Of a DNA stretch of 64,000 bases, positions 10,271-19,370 are shown in pieces; positions within the stretch are counted from its first letter, which is position 1; each line of letters starts with the position of its first letter. The notes beneath the pieces were generated by a model. The model saw only the letters and a list, made by a program, of their open reading frames with translations, did no database searches and had not been told where the DNA came from. The stretch covers positions 1-64,000 of IMG/VR virus record IMGVR_UViG_3300009152_000003, one strand, 5' to 3'. The position numbers and the translations under genes were made by a program. The stretch is from a virus.

Positions 10271-11692
10271 TTACGCCCCCGCTGTAACCAGATCCGTCCC
10301 TTCGACCAACTGCACTACGGGAGTGCCCTCGCCGTCGACGGCAATCTTTTCGACAAACCTCTGCGCCTCAGGATTGAAGATCCGCAGCGTTGACGTCCCG
10401 ATCTGCAGCCACCAGTCGTCTACCACGGCCCTGGTCGCCGCCGGCTCGCGTTCCGTTGTCCAAAGCACAGGTTTCCTCCCCGGCTGAGCAGGCGCATTCT
10501 CGTCAGGAGACACCGTCTCCCCGGCGTCCAGTGAGATCCCAACAGCATCGGCAAGCGCTGGGGCCAGACGATCCAGCGTCAGTCCTCGCTGCTGGTGGTA
10601 GCGCACGGTCTCTGCTGAGGCAATCGATCCAATGGCGCCGCCAGAAAAGCGAGGCTCGCTGTTGCCGATCTCGTAGTCACTGGGCTCGTAGAACGGGTAG
10701 CCAACCGACCAGCGCGTTGCGTGAATGTGCTTGCACTCGCGGCGCTGATCAACCCGGAAGGACAGGTCACGCCACCGGCGCAGGTAGCCAACGTTGCCGC
10801 GCTCCCAGTTACTCTCCACGCTCCTGCCCGCGGAAGGGCGCGGAAAAAGGGCCTGGCTGCCGCTCTGGTTTCCCTGGAGGCTTGCCGTGCCATAGCCGCT
10901 GAAATCTGGGCAACTGCAGTAGAACCGGTGACTGCTGCACAAATAGCGACTGCCGTTGTTCCGCCAGGACATTGGATACTCCCTGTTGTACCGGATGCGG
11001 CTCCAGTAGGCCCGAGGAACTTCACCGTTCGGTCGACTCCTCATGAACGGCCGGGACAAGTCAAACAGCAGCTTGCCGCCGGCCTTGTCGACCTCCGCCA
11101 AGGTGTAAGCGATCGTGTCGATTGGCTCTTCTATCAGTCCGGACGGGAAGCCCGTTCCAGTTGCTGAGTCTTCAAACTGATCACCGATCAGCAGGCTCCA
11201 GTTGTCCAGCTGCTGGCTGCTCAGTGTCTGGCTGACATCAAGGATGAGCCGGTGCCGCTCAGGGTTCGGGTGACTGTTGTCGAGCGCGATGTCCGCCTGG
11301 CGCAACAGCTGCGGCAGGATGACAGCCCCCCGGCGGCGGCAAGTGACAACCCAGGAGGCGTCTGGAGAGCTGCTGCTGACAAAATACGCCGCACTCACCA
11401 GTCGCGGCCCTGGGTCGGCTCCAAAGTCCCTGAATGAGCGCACCAGGTAAAACTGCTCGATGTCGCTCCAGCCTCTGCCACTCCCTTGCCAGTAGTCCGC
11501 GCCGGCTCGCCAGCGCTTGTAATCGCTGTCGCGGTTGTAGGCCTCAATCACGGTCGGATAGACCGTTCCACCCGTCCCCCGTGGCGCCCGGTCTGCGGTC
11601 CGGCTCGAACCAGGCGAGCTGGGTTTCATGGGCCGATCGACGCGCCCCATCGAGCCCCCGGCATCAACCTTGCGGCCGTAACCGCCAGGCAT
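10271..11692 (-). CDS. SWIM zinc-finger protein
   Basis: FYCSCPDF...RRECKHIHA (CxC...CxH with a long insert). Confidence 0.6.
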   Translation of the reverse strand: MPGGYGRKVDAGGSMGRVDRPMKPSSPGSSRTADRAPRGTGGTVYPTVIEAYNRDSDYKRWRAGADYWQGSGRGWSDIEQFYLVRSFRDFGADPGPRLVSAAYFVSSSSPDASWVVTCRRRGAVILPQLLRQADIALDNSHPNPERHRLILDVSQTLSSQQLDNWSLLIGDQFEDSATGTGFPSGLIEEPIDTIAYTLAEVDKAGGKLLFDLSRPFMRSRPNGEVPRAYWSRIRYNREYPMSWRNNGSRYLCSSHRFYCSCPDFSGYGTASLQGNQSGSQALFPRPSAGRSVESNWERGNVGYLRRWRDLSFRVDQRRECKHIHATRWSVGYPFYEPSDYEIGNSEPRFSGGAIGSIASAETVRYHQQRGLTLDRLAPALADAVGISLDAGETVSPDENAPAQPGRKPVLWTTEREPAATRAVVDDWWLQIGTSTLRIFNPEAQRFVEKIAVDGEGTPVVQLVEGTDLVTAGA

Positions 11693-12213
11693 CAGAAGCT
11701 GCCGCCCTGCGCAAAGACGGCGATCTTCGTGGCCGGCGTAGGGGCCAGGATCGCTGTGTTGAGCCCCACGTACAGGACCTGGCCCTTCTCGACGTAAATA
11801 CCAGTGTTCTTCTTGGAGGTTTCCGTCAATGACGCCTGAGCCCCCAGGTCCGGCACGGGGATTGTCAGTGGCGGTAGGGAGATATTCGTGCGCACGCCGG
11901 CCGTTAAGGACTCCACAGTCGCCGAAGCCACCAACGCCGTATTGGCATCCGTGATCCCGAAGGTTGTCGAAGAGGTGCTCAGGAAAACAAGAACAGTCAC
12001 CGCGGACGTTGCGGCCTGCATTGCCACAATCGAGAGGCTGTCAATGACCGCCCCATCGGTGTCAATGCAGTTCACGAGCTCAGCGCAGCCGCCGCCCACG
12101 ATGGTCGAAAAGTTCGTGCTGCTTGCCAGCGCGGGAGTCGGACCAAGCGTCGCCCACTTGTGCAAGGGGCGATCCACCAGCAGTGGCTGCTTATTCGTGC
12201 TCGAGCTGCTCAC
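11692..12213 (-). CDS. Putative virion structural protein
   Basis: 173 aa beta-rich, ends VFAQGGSF, in the structural cluster. Confidence 0.55.
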   Translation of the reverse strand: MSSSSTNKQPLLVDRPLHKWATLGPTPALASSTNFSTIVGGGCAELVNCIDTDGAVIDSLSIVAMQAATSAVTVLVFLSTSSTTFGITDANTALVASATVESLTAGVRTNISLPPLTIPVPDLGAQASLTETSKKNTGIYVEKGQVLYVGLNTAILAPTPATKIAVFAQGGSF

Positions 12214-12262
12214 AGGAAAAGACCGCTGACAGCTTCATCCTACCCAGAGCAAGCCCCATCAA

Positions 12263-12628
12263 TCAGCCGCGTCCTGATCGCTGGCGTGCCCCGGACAGCG
12301 ACGTGTCCATGCCTCCGGAGCGCAGCCGCGGCGGCACCCCTTGGCTGCTGCCCATCACGATCGTGCTGCCGCTGGCTGACCCGATCTGATCGAGTATTTC
12401 GCGGCTGGGGATCAAGTTGGGGTCGCCGGCGGCGTTGACATTGCCCTGCCGAGACGGAATCACCCGTTGTTGCGGGGCCGGAGTGACCTGCAGCCCGGTC
12501 GACGTGAACGGAGTTCTGCCATCGCCGTTTGGATTCGAGCGCTCACCGAATTGCGGCAGCATGTCCCGTGTGACATTGCCCGGATTATTCCGCGGCCCCA
12601 CAAGCTCGGTCGGGATGAAGGGGTTCAT
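12263..12628 (-). CDS. Hypothetical low-complexity protein
   Basis: 121 aa ORF coupled to the upstream gene. Confidence 0.5.
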   Translation of the reverse strand: MNPFIPTELVGPRNNPGNVTRDMLPQFGERSNPNGDGRTPFTSTGLQVTPAPQQRVIPSRQGNVNAAGDPNLIPSREILDQIGSASGSTIVMGSSQGVPPRLRSGGMDTSLSGARQRSGRG

Positions 12629-13881
12629 CAGAAGATGTTGGCGGCGTTGAACGACTGCGGATTCCAGGAGACGTTGCCGGCGGCGTTCATGTTGGCGGGA
12701 CGCATGCCGCGAATCTGTTTGAGGTAGCGCTCATTGAGATCCTGGGCCTCCGGGGAGGTTTGCTGGAACGCTTGGGAATACCCGGTCCGTGGTGCCGCGG
12801 CCTGGCCCTGCCCCGTCAGGTCAAGATTCGGATCAAAGGCTGTTTCGACTGGCACCTTCGCCGCCGAGTACCCACCCGAAGACCCCCGGCCCATCAGGTC
12901 GAGGTTTGGGTTGAACGCCGCTTGCACGGGGACGTTGGCCATGCCGTAGCTCGCTGGAGCCTCCCGCTGACGCAAGTCAACAGTCGGGTCGAATGCCGTG
13001 GCCGTTTGATCTTTGCCGTTCCAGGTCTCGGCGGGGATGTTCCAGCCGGGCACCACCTTGCCGATCGGTGTCGCCAGGGTGCCTTCCATGCCGTACACCT
13101 TGCTGGCGTCCTGGTCAAGGGCTCCACTGAAGGTGATGTTGGGGGGCGCCCAAGGAGCCTGCTGCCCTTTGGCAACCTCAGGCAAGCCGTTTTGCTGCCT
13201 CAGCCTGTTGGCGAGGGTCGGGTTTGCCTTTGCCCAGGCGGCAATGTCGGCGTCGTTGTAGTAGTTCTCGCTGGCGGGGGTCAGGTTGGCTGGGATCTCG
13301 CCGCCCGCGGCGCGAGCCTCCCCGATCATTTGGTTGCGTGCGGTCTGGGCCAACTGGATGTTGTCGCCAGCCGCGGAATAGCGCACACCAGCGCCGGCCT
13401 GCTGGGCGGCAATATTCAAGGCGGAGGCCCGCCCACGACTAGCAGGAACCTGCACCTGCGTCGTCCCGAAGCCCGGTGCCGAGTGCGGAATCGGGGTCGA
13501 GTGCTGCGAAGGCATGGGCCGCCGAGGGGCCGCAGCGCGAGGCCCCTGGCCGCCGGAGCCTGCGGGGGCGGGAGACCATTGCCTTGCCGTGCTTGCCCCT
13601 GCGTTGCCACCACCGACGCCGGTAGCGCTTGAGCCGATACCCCGGTACTGCTGGCGACCAGCGTTTGCGTACACGGGCCGCCCTGTGGCGGCGTTGTAAG
13701 CAATACCCCCAACACTGTAGGAAGGTTTGCCAGCAGTGCCTGGGTTTTGCCCCCAGCCGATACTCTGGCCTCCGTCTGTCCCTCCGGGCCTGACCCTGTG
13801 CTCCCAGGCGTCAGAAAGACGATCGCTGCCCGTTTTCTTCGGGAGCATGGACCCGATCATGTCGAAGAGGGGGACGCCCAT
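12628..13881 (-). CDS. Low-complexity protein with AFDP(T/N)xDL repeats, candidate internal virion protein
   Basis: 417 aa Ala/Gly/Gln-rich; three repeats TAFDPTVDL/AAFNPNLDL/TAFDPNLDL. Confidence 0.55.
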   Translation of the reverse strand: MGVPLFDMIGSMLPKKTGSDRLSDAWEHRVRPGGTDGGQSIGWGQNPGTAGKPSYSVGGIAYNAATGRPVYANAGRQQYRGIGSSATGVGGGNAGASTARQWSPAPAGSGGQGPRAAAPRRPMPSQHSTPIPHSAPGFGTTQVQVPASRGRASALNIAAQQAGAGVRYSAAGDNIQLAQTARNQMIGEARAAGGEIPANLTPASENYYNDADIAAWAKANPTLANRLRQQNGLPEVAKGQQAPWAPPNITFSGALDQDASKVYGMEGTLATPIGKVVPGWNIPAETWNGKDQTATAFDPTVDLRQREAPASYGMANVPVQAAFNPNLDLMGRGSSGGYSAAKVPVETAFDPNLDLTGQGQAAAPRTGYSQAFQQTSPEAQDLNERYLKQIRGMRPANMNAAGNVSWNPQSFNAANIF

Positions 13882-13884
13882 GGT

Positions 13885-14370
13885 CTATCTCCAGTTGATG
13901 GCACCGGTCAGAGTCATCACGCGCGTGCCCACTGAGGTATCAGCAGGGCCCGGGACCGCCATGATGAACTCGGCACCGCTTCGCGTAAAGGCGTAGCGGC
14001 GGACGTCCTCCCGCCGGTAGTTGGGGACGTACAAAGTCTCAGCCAGCCTATCGACTTCACGGAGGTAAATTTCCCGGTACACCCGATCCGATTTCTCGGG
14101 ATCGGACTGGTAGATCGCGCGGTCGGTATCGCCAACAATGCGCTCTACCCGACTGGGCATCGGCTGGGTGTCGTCCCGGAGAACTTCAGAGCTCTTCCAG
14201 GCCTGGTCGCACCGATTGAGGTGCTCGACGATCTTCCCGTAGAAATACCCGTCAGGGACCCGTGCCATGGCTTCTTCCAGCCGTGCCAGGTCACCCGCAG
14301 GGACCTGAGCGCCGCTGTTGAAGCCGAGGTGAAATCGGCAGCGGGACTTGTCGTAACTGTTGAGTTCCAC
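13885..14370 (-). CDS. Putative head completion/adaptor protein
   Basis: 161 aa, DKSRCRFHLG N-terminus, downstream of the capsid genes. Confidence 0.45.
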   Translation of the reverse strand: MELNSYDKSRCRFHLGFNSGAQVPAGDLARLEEAMARVPDGYFYGKIVEHLNRCDQAWKSSEVLRDDTQPMPSRVERIVGDTDRAIYQSDPEKSDRVYREIYLREVDRLAETLYVPNYRREDVRRYAFTRSGAEFIMAVPGPADTSVGTRVMTLTGAINWR

Positions 14371-14408
14371 GCTGCCAGGGCTTGGCCTTCGGAGATTCTA
14401 GGAACAGC

Positions 14409-14840
14409 TCAGGCGACGTAGATCACGTCTTCTGCCATGACCTCATCCCAATCGACTCGCTTCACCTGACGGACCTGGTCAAGCGTGACGAAACGCTCGC
14501 CAGGCAGGCCCAGCCGCAGCTCAACGATTCGCTTGGCTGTGGTGTAACCAATGCCCTTGATCCGATCGGCAATCGTCTCGGCCGATGCCAGGTTCAGGTT
14601 CAGCCGGGTATCGGGCGGGATCGACGAAGTTGGGGGGACTTCCGGATCCGGATCGTCGGCCTTGACGAGCGAGACCGGCTTCTCGGTCGTGCGCCCCTTG
14701 CCGGGCTCGTAGACCACCAGGTCATCGAGCGCGACATAGCCGACCACGCCGGCCTGGTTCTTGATCAGGGCGTAATCCTTGTCGTGGTAGCTGATCAGCT
14801 CCACGATCTGGCCGGTGCGTTGATTCTGAAAAAGGCTCAT
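14409..14840 (-). CDS. Helix-hairpin-helix (ComEA-like) DNA-binding protein
   Basis: RLNLNLASAETI..IKGIGYTTAKRIVELR..F..LDQVRQV. Confidence 0.8.
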   Translation of the reverse strand: MSLFQNQRTGQIVELISYHDKDYALIKNQAGVVGYVALDDLVVYEPGKGRTTEKPVSLVKADDPDPEVPPTSSIPPDTRLNLNLASAETIADRIKGIGYTTAKRIVELRLGLPGERFVTLDQVRQVKRVDWDEVMAEDVIYVA

Positions 14841-14894
14841 GCGTTCAGCTCAATCACGAGCGGCGAGTCCTGCAAGTCACGATCCTAGGAGAAC

Positions 14895-14923
14895 AAAAAC
14901 AGGCGGGCCCGAGGACCCGCCTG
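14895..14923 (-). terminator. Intrinsic terminator after the capsid operon
   Basis: CAGGCGGG/CCCGCCTG stem followed by T5 on the minus strand. Confidence 0.75.
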
Positions 14924-14946
14924 AACTTTTCTCACCCAGTAGTGGG

Positions 14947-15612
14947 TCAGGCGGTAGGGGTAGGCAGGCCACCGATGTAGGACTCATCGGCGACGCCGTC
15001 TTCAAGGTAGTAGCAGACGTCAGCAATCAGGTAGCTCCCGTTGGTCTCGGTAGAAGACAGGGTGCCAGCAGGGGCCGTCGCGGCGGTGCCAACGTCCAGA
15101 TACAGCTTGAGGGTCAAGCCGCCGGACTGGGTGACCTGCACCGGAGTGATCACGCTGAACACCGAGCCAGCTGCGCCAGAAGGGGCAACAGTGCCACCGG
15201 TGCCGACCAGCGGGGGGCTGGCGGCCGAGGTTGCGCTGATGGCGCCCGCAGTGGTGCCGGTGCCCAGCGAACTGGCGAGCTTAATCCGATCGGTCGCGGT
15301 GGAGAACACCAGCCCAGAGCGAGCTGTCCCCAGGCCGCGGTCTTTGCGCGCGTCAAGCACGCGCAGGCCGACGGAATAGAGGAAGGCGTTCTGGGGGATC
15401 ACCAGGCCCGTAATGTCCGCACGAGGCTTGTCGTCCGTGCGTTTATCGGGGCTGGGGATGATCACGTCCCACGATGTGGCCCCCGTGGTCACCTTGATGT
15501 AGCCCACCGACTGGTAGTACACCCGGCCAGGCAAGGCGATCACCGGCTGGCTCTGGTAGGAACTCAGCGGGCAAACCCAGTTGCCGGGGAAAATGGCTTC
15601 TGAAATGCTCAT
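14947..15612 (-). CDS. Putative capsid decoration/minor capsid protein
   Basis: 221 aa directly after the major capsid gene, GGAGG RBS, followed by a terminator. Confidence 0.6.
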   Translation of the reverse strand: MSISEAIFPGNWVCPLSSYQSQPVIALPGRVYYQSVGYIKVTTGATSWDVIIPSPDKRTDDKPRADITGLVIPQNAFLYSVGLRVLDARKDRGLGTARSGLVFSTATDRIKLASSLGTGTTAGAISATSAASPPLVGTGGTVAPSGAAGSVFSVITPVQVTQSGGLTLKLYLDVGTAATAPAGTLSSTETNGSYLIADVCYYLEDGVADESYIGGLPTPTA

Positions 15613-15627
15613 GGTCGTGTCCTCCGA

Positions 15628-16770
15628 TCAGTAGACGAACGAGTAGGCAACCGTCACGAAATCCTTGTTCAGGATCTCGAAACCAGCAAAGAGCGACCAG
15701 ATCATGATGATGAAACGACTGAAGTCGTCGTTGTTGTTCAGCAGGATCTGAGCGTTCTCACCGCCAATGCCAACCCCGACGGACTGCATCCCGAAGAACA
15801 GCAGGGGGGCTGCGTCGTAGGTGGCAGAGCTGGAGTTACCGGTAACCGGGATGGTCGCGGTGAACGACTTGGTGGGGAGGTTGGTCGACTCGAAGAACCG
15901 CACACCCTCAAACACAAAGCCCGTGGGCATGACAGGCTGACCAGCCACAAAGCCCGCCTGGCCGTAGGCGGGACTCATGCCACTGAAGAAGTTGGCATTG
16001 GGCATCATGGCCGCCTGGCTGGGGTCAATCAGACCGCTGCCGGGATAGCGAGCAATCTCGCGGAAGTCGCTGTCCTGCCGAAGGTGCTTCATCGCCGTGG
16101 GATCGAGGATGGCTCGATAGAACCCGTCAGCGAAGGTGGGCACGTTGCGCTTGCGCAACTTCTCGACCACTTCCAGCAAGTCGTCCTTGGTGCCGAACTT
16201 GGCCGACTGGCCAGAGGCGTAGGCGGAAACGGTGGTGCCGCTTTTGGTCTTGCCCTTGGGGAAGAAGTAACCGCCCTGGGTGGAATCGGCGGCGCCGTTG
16301 GCCTCTGCTTTGAACAGTTCGTCGGCAAACACCCGATCGCGCCAGCGGCGATAGTCGTCCAGCAGGGTCATCGAACCGATGCTCTGGTGGAAGACGGGGA
16401 GCGAACCTGTGTCGAGCAGGAGGCGCTGGGCGGTGACCAGAGTCTCCCGAGCCACCTTGAAGGTGCTGGCTTGACTGGGGTTCGTCGGATCAGCGGGGCC
16501 CGTGTACTCCTTGAGGGTTACGGGGACTTTTTCCTTGACGATGTTCCGGGAAGAGCTGGTACCGATCGTCTGATCAGCGGTCCGCTCGCGGGAATCCTTG
16601 GTTCCAGGATTTCCCCAGTAGCGATACCGGTCCAGCTGTACCGTCTGCCCAGGCTGCGAACCGAAGTCATGGACCACAACGGGGTCCACGGCCATTTCGA
16701 TCACGTAGGCGGGGTGGGGCCGATACAGCTCGGCACCAAGCACCTTCGGGAAATCATTATCGACCCACAT
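15628..16770 (-). CDS. Major capsid protein (N4-gp56-like HK97 family)
   Basis: DFGSQPGQTVQLDRY, VTLKEY, YRAILDP...LRQD, FEGVRFFESTN patterns; start taken at MWVDND; position relative to portal and scaffold. Confidence 0.85.
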   Translation of the reverse strand: MWVDNDFPKVLGAELYRPHPAYVIEMAVDPVVVHDFGSQPGQTVQLDRYRYWGNPGTKDSRERTADQTIGTSSSRNIVKEKVPVTLKEYTGPADPTNPSQASTFKVARETLVTAQRLLLDTGSLPVFHQSIGSMTLLDDYRRWRDRVFADELFKAEANGAADSTQGGYFFPKGKTKSGTTVSAYASGQSAKFGTKDDLLEVVEKLRKRNVPTFADGFYRAILDPTAMKHLRQDSDFREIARYPGSGLIDPSQAAMMPNANFFSGMSPAYGQAGFVAGQPVMPTGFVFEGVRFFESTNLPTKSFTATIPVTGNSSSATYDAAPLLFFGMQSVGVGIGGENAQILLNNNDDFSRFIIMIWSLFAGFEILNKDFVTVAYSFVY

Positions 16771-16846
16771 GGGTGCAATGCTCCGATCGATGAAGGGGGG
16801 ATTGGCACGCATGTTGCTTGCCAGGTCGTACGCTAGCGACAGCGAT

Positions 16847-17473
16847 ATGGCGAAAATGGACACACCCGGTGTGCGAGGCCTGCTTGGCGTCCTGCTGGCC
16901 GACGCCTGTCTCATGCGTCAGCGCGCCCCGAGCCAGGATCGGATCTTTGCGGCCATGCATGGCGGCAGTAAAGAGCGGGACTTCCTGGAGGAGAAGGCAG
17001 AGGAAGTCCGCCGTTTCGTGCCAACCAAGGCTCGCGTTATCCCGTACCGCACGCCAATGCGTGAGTCAGGCAACAGCACGACGGTGCTGCGCTTCCGATT
17101 CACCTCGAATGCACTGCTGCCGATCTACAACCTGCTCTACCCATGTCGAGAACGGGAGATCACCGCCCCGGTGCTTGAGCTGCTTGGCGGGCGTGCCGCG
17201 GCCTGGCTCTGGGCAGAAGGTGCCTGCTTGCTCGGTGCGGAAGGCGCCACGCTCCGCCGCGTTGGCCGCTGGGAGGGGGAGGCTCGGCTGGTCTGCGCCT
17301 GGCTGAAAATGCTCACGGGCGCTGAATCCGCCGTCGTCTACCCCCGTGCAGGAGCCAACAGGGGCAAGGGGCTACCGCGGCTCTGGTTCAAGCCGGAGCA
17401 GACCCACCGGCTCCAGGCCTCCCTGCTCTCCTACGCGCCGGCAAGTCGGCTTCACTTGTTTACGGAGGGCTAG
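16847..17473 (+). CDS. Degenerate LAGLIDADG-fold protein 1
   Basis: GLLGVLLADACL and AAAWLWAEGA align with the GxLLGDG and LAxWxMDDG helices of double-motif LAGLIDADG_2 proteins; LRFRFTS..L..IYNLLYP..REIT linker. Confidence 0.7.
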   Translation: MAKMDTPGVRGLLGVLLADACLMRQRAPSQDRIFAAMHGGSKERDFLEEKAEEVRRFVPTKARVIPYRTPMRESGNSTTVLRFRFTSNALLPIYNLLYPCREREITAPVLELLGGRAAAWLWAEGACLLGAEGATLRRVGRWEGEARLVCAWLKMLTGAESAVVYPRAGANRGKGLPRLWFKPEQTHRLQASLLSYAPASRLHLFTEG

Positions 17474-17475
17474 AC

Positions 17476-18057
17476 GTGTCGGCCCAATTCGTAAGCCTTG
17501 CCGTCGGATATTCCCTCGCCCTCGGCCAGTTGCGACGCAAGGGTGTTCGCAGACGCCCCTGGCTGGAATTGCGCCGACTCGAGACTGAGTCGACCTACCT
17601 CGACCACCAGGTTCGCGCCCTGCGTCGCGCCTCTCGGCAGCCCCTGCGTGTCGACGTTGATCTACTGCCTGGCAAGGGGTACTACGACATCAGCCGGGTC
17701 AGGATCCATAGCCCTTCGCTCGAGCGCGTCCTGGAGATCCTTGAGGACGGCATTACAGAAGATGCTCTTCTTGTCGCTGGAACCCGAGGCTTGGCCTGCC
17801 TTTGGCTCGATCACGGTTTCTGGCGCGGTCAGTGCGGAGAGCTGACCTTTGCCCAGGAACCGGAGGCAGAGGCCTTCCGCTCTGCTCTGCATCGCCTTGG
17901 GATCCAAGCCATGCCGCCACTCAAGCGCCCTCGCCTGGTCCGCCTTGCGCCGGATGCCATGCACGGGTTGGCAACCAACCTGCGCCCCCATGTGCATCGG
18001 TCAATGCGTCACGCTCTGCGTCCGGGTGGGCGGCACGGGATTCACTTGCTGCGTTGA
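17476..18057 (+). CDS. Degenerate LAGLIDADG-fold protein 2
   Basis: AVGYSLALGQL and GLACLWLDHG at the two motif positions; RVRIHSPSL and LRPHVHRSMRHAL match the family pattern; catalytic acidic residues replaced. Confidence 0.65.
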   Translation: MSAQFVSLAVGYSLALGQLRRKGVRRRPWLELRRLETESTYLDHQVRALRRASRQPLRVDVDLLPGKGYYDISRVRIHSPSLERVLEILEDGITEDALLVAGTRGLACLWLDHGFWRGQCGELTFAQEPEAEAFRSALHRLGIQAMPPLKRPRLVRLAPDAMHGLATNLRPHVHRSMRHALRPGGRHGIHLLR

Positions 18058-18115
18058 GTTGCCCTGTCGGGATCCATAGAATTGACCCGGCGCCACCCGG
18101 GAGCCAGGAGCAGCC

Positions 18116-18907
18116 GTGGATCAAAGTGCCGCCCAACTTGAGGTCATCAATGCGTACGGCTCCAGCGATGTTGCGAGCCCAAGCTTCAATCGCCCGCGTT
18201 ACGTCCGGTACACCTCGGTCCATGCGCCCAGGGACCTTGGCCCAGTTCGGAAAGCTGGTTTTGACTTCGAAGGAGTCGTTGGGGCGGAAAGCGGGTCTCA
18301 AACCCTCTTCTTTGTGTTTGAGGCACTACTGCCGTCAAGGATCGGCCTGCGTCGCATCCTGCTTAACCCTTACACCGATCAATACGTTTCTGTTTTTCTG
18401 ACAAACGAGGCCGGAACCGTTGCCCTCGCGACCGATGGCCTTGGCGACTCCCCGGCCCCTGCAGCTAGCGACCTTGCAGCGTCGGTAGTGCCGACGTTTG
18501 ATCTGGGCTACGTCCTTTGCGGCCACTGGGCCACGGGGTACTGCGAAAACGATTGCCGGCTCAGCTCTGACGTTGCAGCGGGTTCAGGGGTAGCTGTCAC
18601 TGGCGGCCCCGTGCTCGAGGAAATCCTGCCCGCGGGGACCTACAGCATTGTCATTTCCAATTCGGAATGGCCAGACCTGCCCTACCGGTTCCAGCTGTCC
18701 GTTAACCCACCAGGGGAGATCTCCGGTGCCTGCGACCTTCAGAACGAAACCTACGGGAGCCTGGCGCTTGCCAAGCTCGAAGGCAAGGCAGAGATGCGCG
18801 CGGCTCCCGCAGGCGCCCTTGTTCGGCAGGTTGCGTTGAGTGGTATCGCCGTGACGGAGGCCCGCCCAAGCGGCACGATCACCAGGACCTCTCCGTACGG
18901 GTCTTAG
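18116..18907 (+). CDS. Putative structural protein
   Basis: 263 aa; GYVLCGHWATGY motif; LPAGTYSIVIS beta domain; TAGAAT -10 upstream. Confidence 0.5.
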   Translation: MDQSAAQLEVINAYGSSDVASPSFNRPRYVRYTSVHAPRDLGPVRKAGFDFEGVVGAESGSQTLFFVFEALLPSRIGLRRILLNPYTDQYVSVFLTNEAGTVALATDGLGDSPAPAASDLAASVVPTFDLGYVLCGHWATGYCENDCRLSSDVAAGSGVAVTGGPVLEEILPAGTYSIVISNSEWPDLPYRFQLSVNPPGEISGACDLQNETYGSLALAKLEGKAEMRAAPAGALVRQVALSGIAVTEARPSGTITRTSPYGS

Positions 18908-18942
18908 ACGCCTGCCAGAATGGGCGGACTGACTGCCTTGGC

Positions 18943-19362
18943 ATGCCCTTTTCCCAATACCAGGCCTACAACCTGCTGAATTGGCACCGCGGCACGGCCA
19001 TGCCTGCGCCTCCGGCAACGATCTATATCAGTTTGCACTCAACCCTGCCGGGGGCCAATGGCACGCAAGGCGACGTCACTGCCGCTGTTGCTGGGGCCAG
19101 GGGCTCAATCGCAGCCGCCAACTGGAGCGCTCCCACCTCGGTGCAGGCGGGAGACATCCTTTCCTTTGAGAGCAGCAACACCGCTGTTGTGACGCTATCC
19201 GCCTCGGCCGTAGGCGCAGCAACCGTCTCGTACTTTGGCTGCTGGGATGCCGCCACCGGTGGCAACTTTCTCGAGTACGGCGTACTGACCAACCCGTTGG
19301 CGATCGCCATTGGCGATGTTGTCCGTTTTGCCGTCGGCGGATTGATCCTTAAGGAGATCTGA
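18943..19362 (+). CDS. Small fibre/decoration protein, paralog of the N-terminus of 8754..10235
   Basis: MPFSQY..LLNWHRG..YISLH..SYFGCWDAATGGNFL. Confidence 0.7.
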   Translation: MPFSQYQAYNLLNWHRGTAMPAPPATIYISLHSTLPGANGTQGDVTAAVAGARGSIAAANWSAPTSVQAGDILSFESSNTAVVTLSASAVGAATVSYFGCWDAATGGNFLEYGVLTNPLAIAIGDVVRFAVGGLILKEI

Positions 19363-19370
19363 GCCGACGG

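Noticed and set aside
16771-16914. N-terminal extension of the major capsid ORF
   Set aside because: Overlaps the divergent gene and a -10 box at 16830; MWVDND at 16770 is the more plausible start
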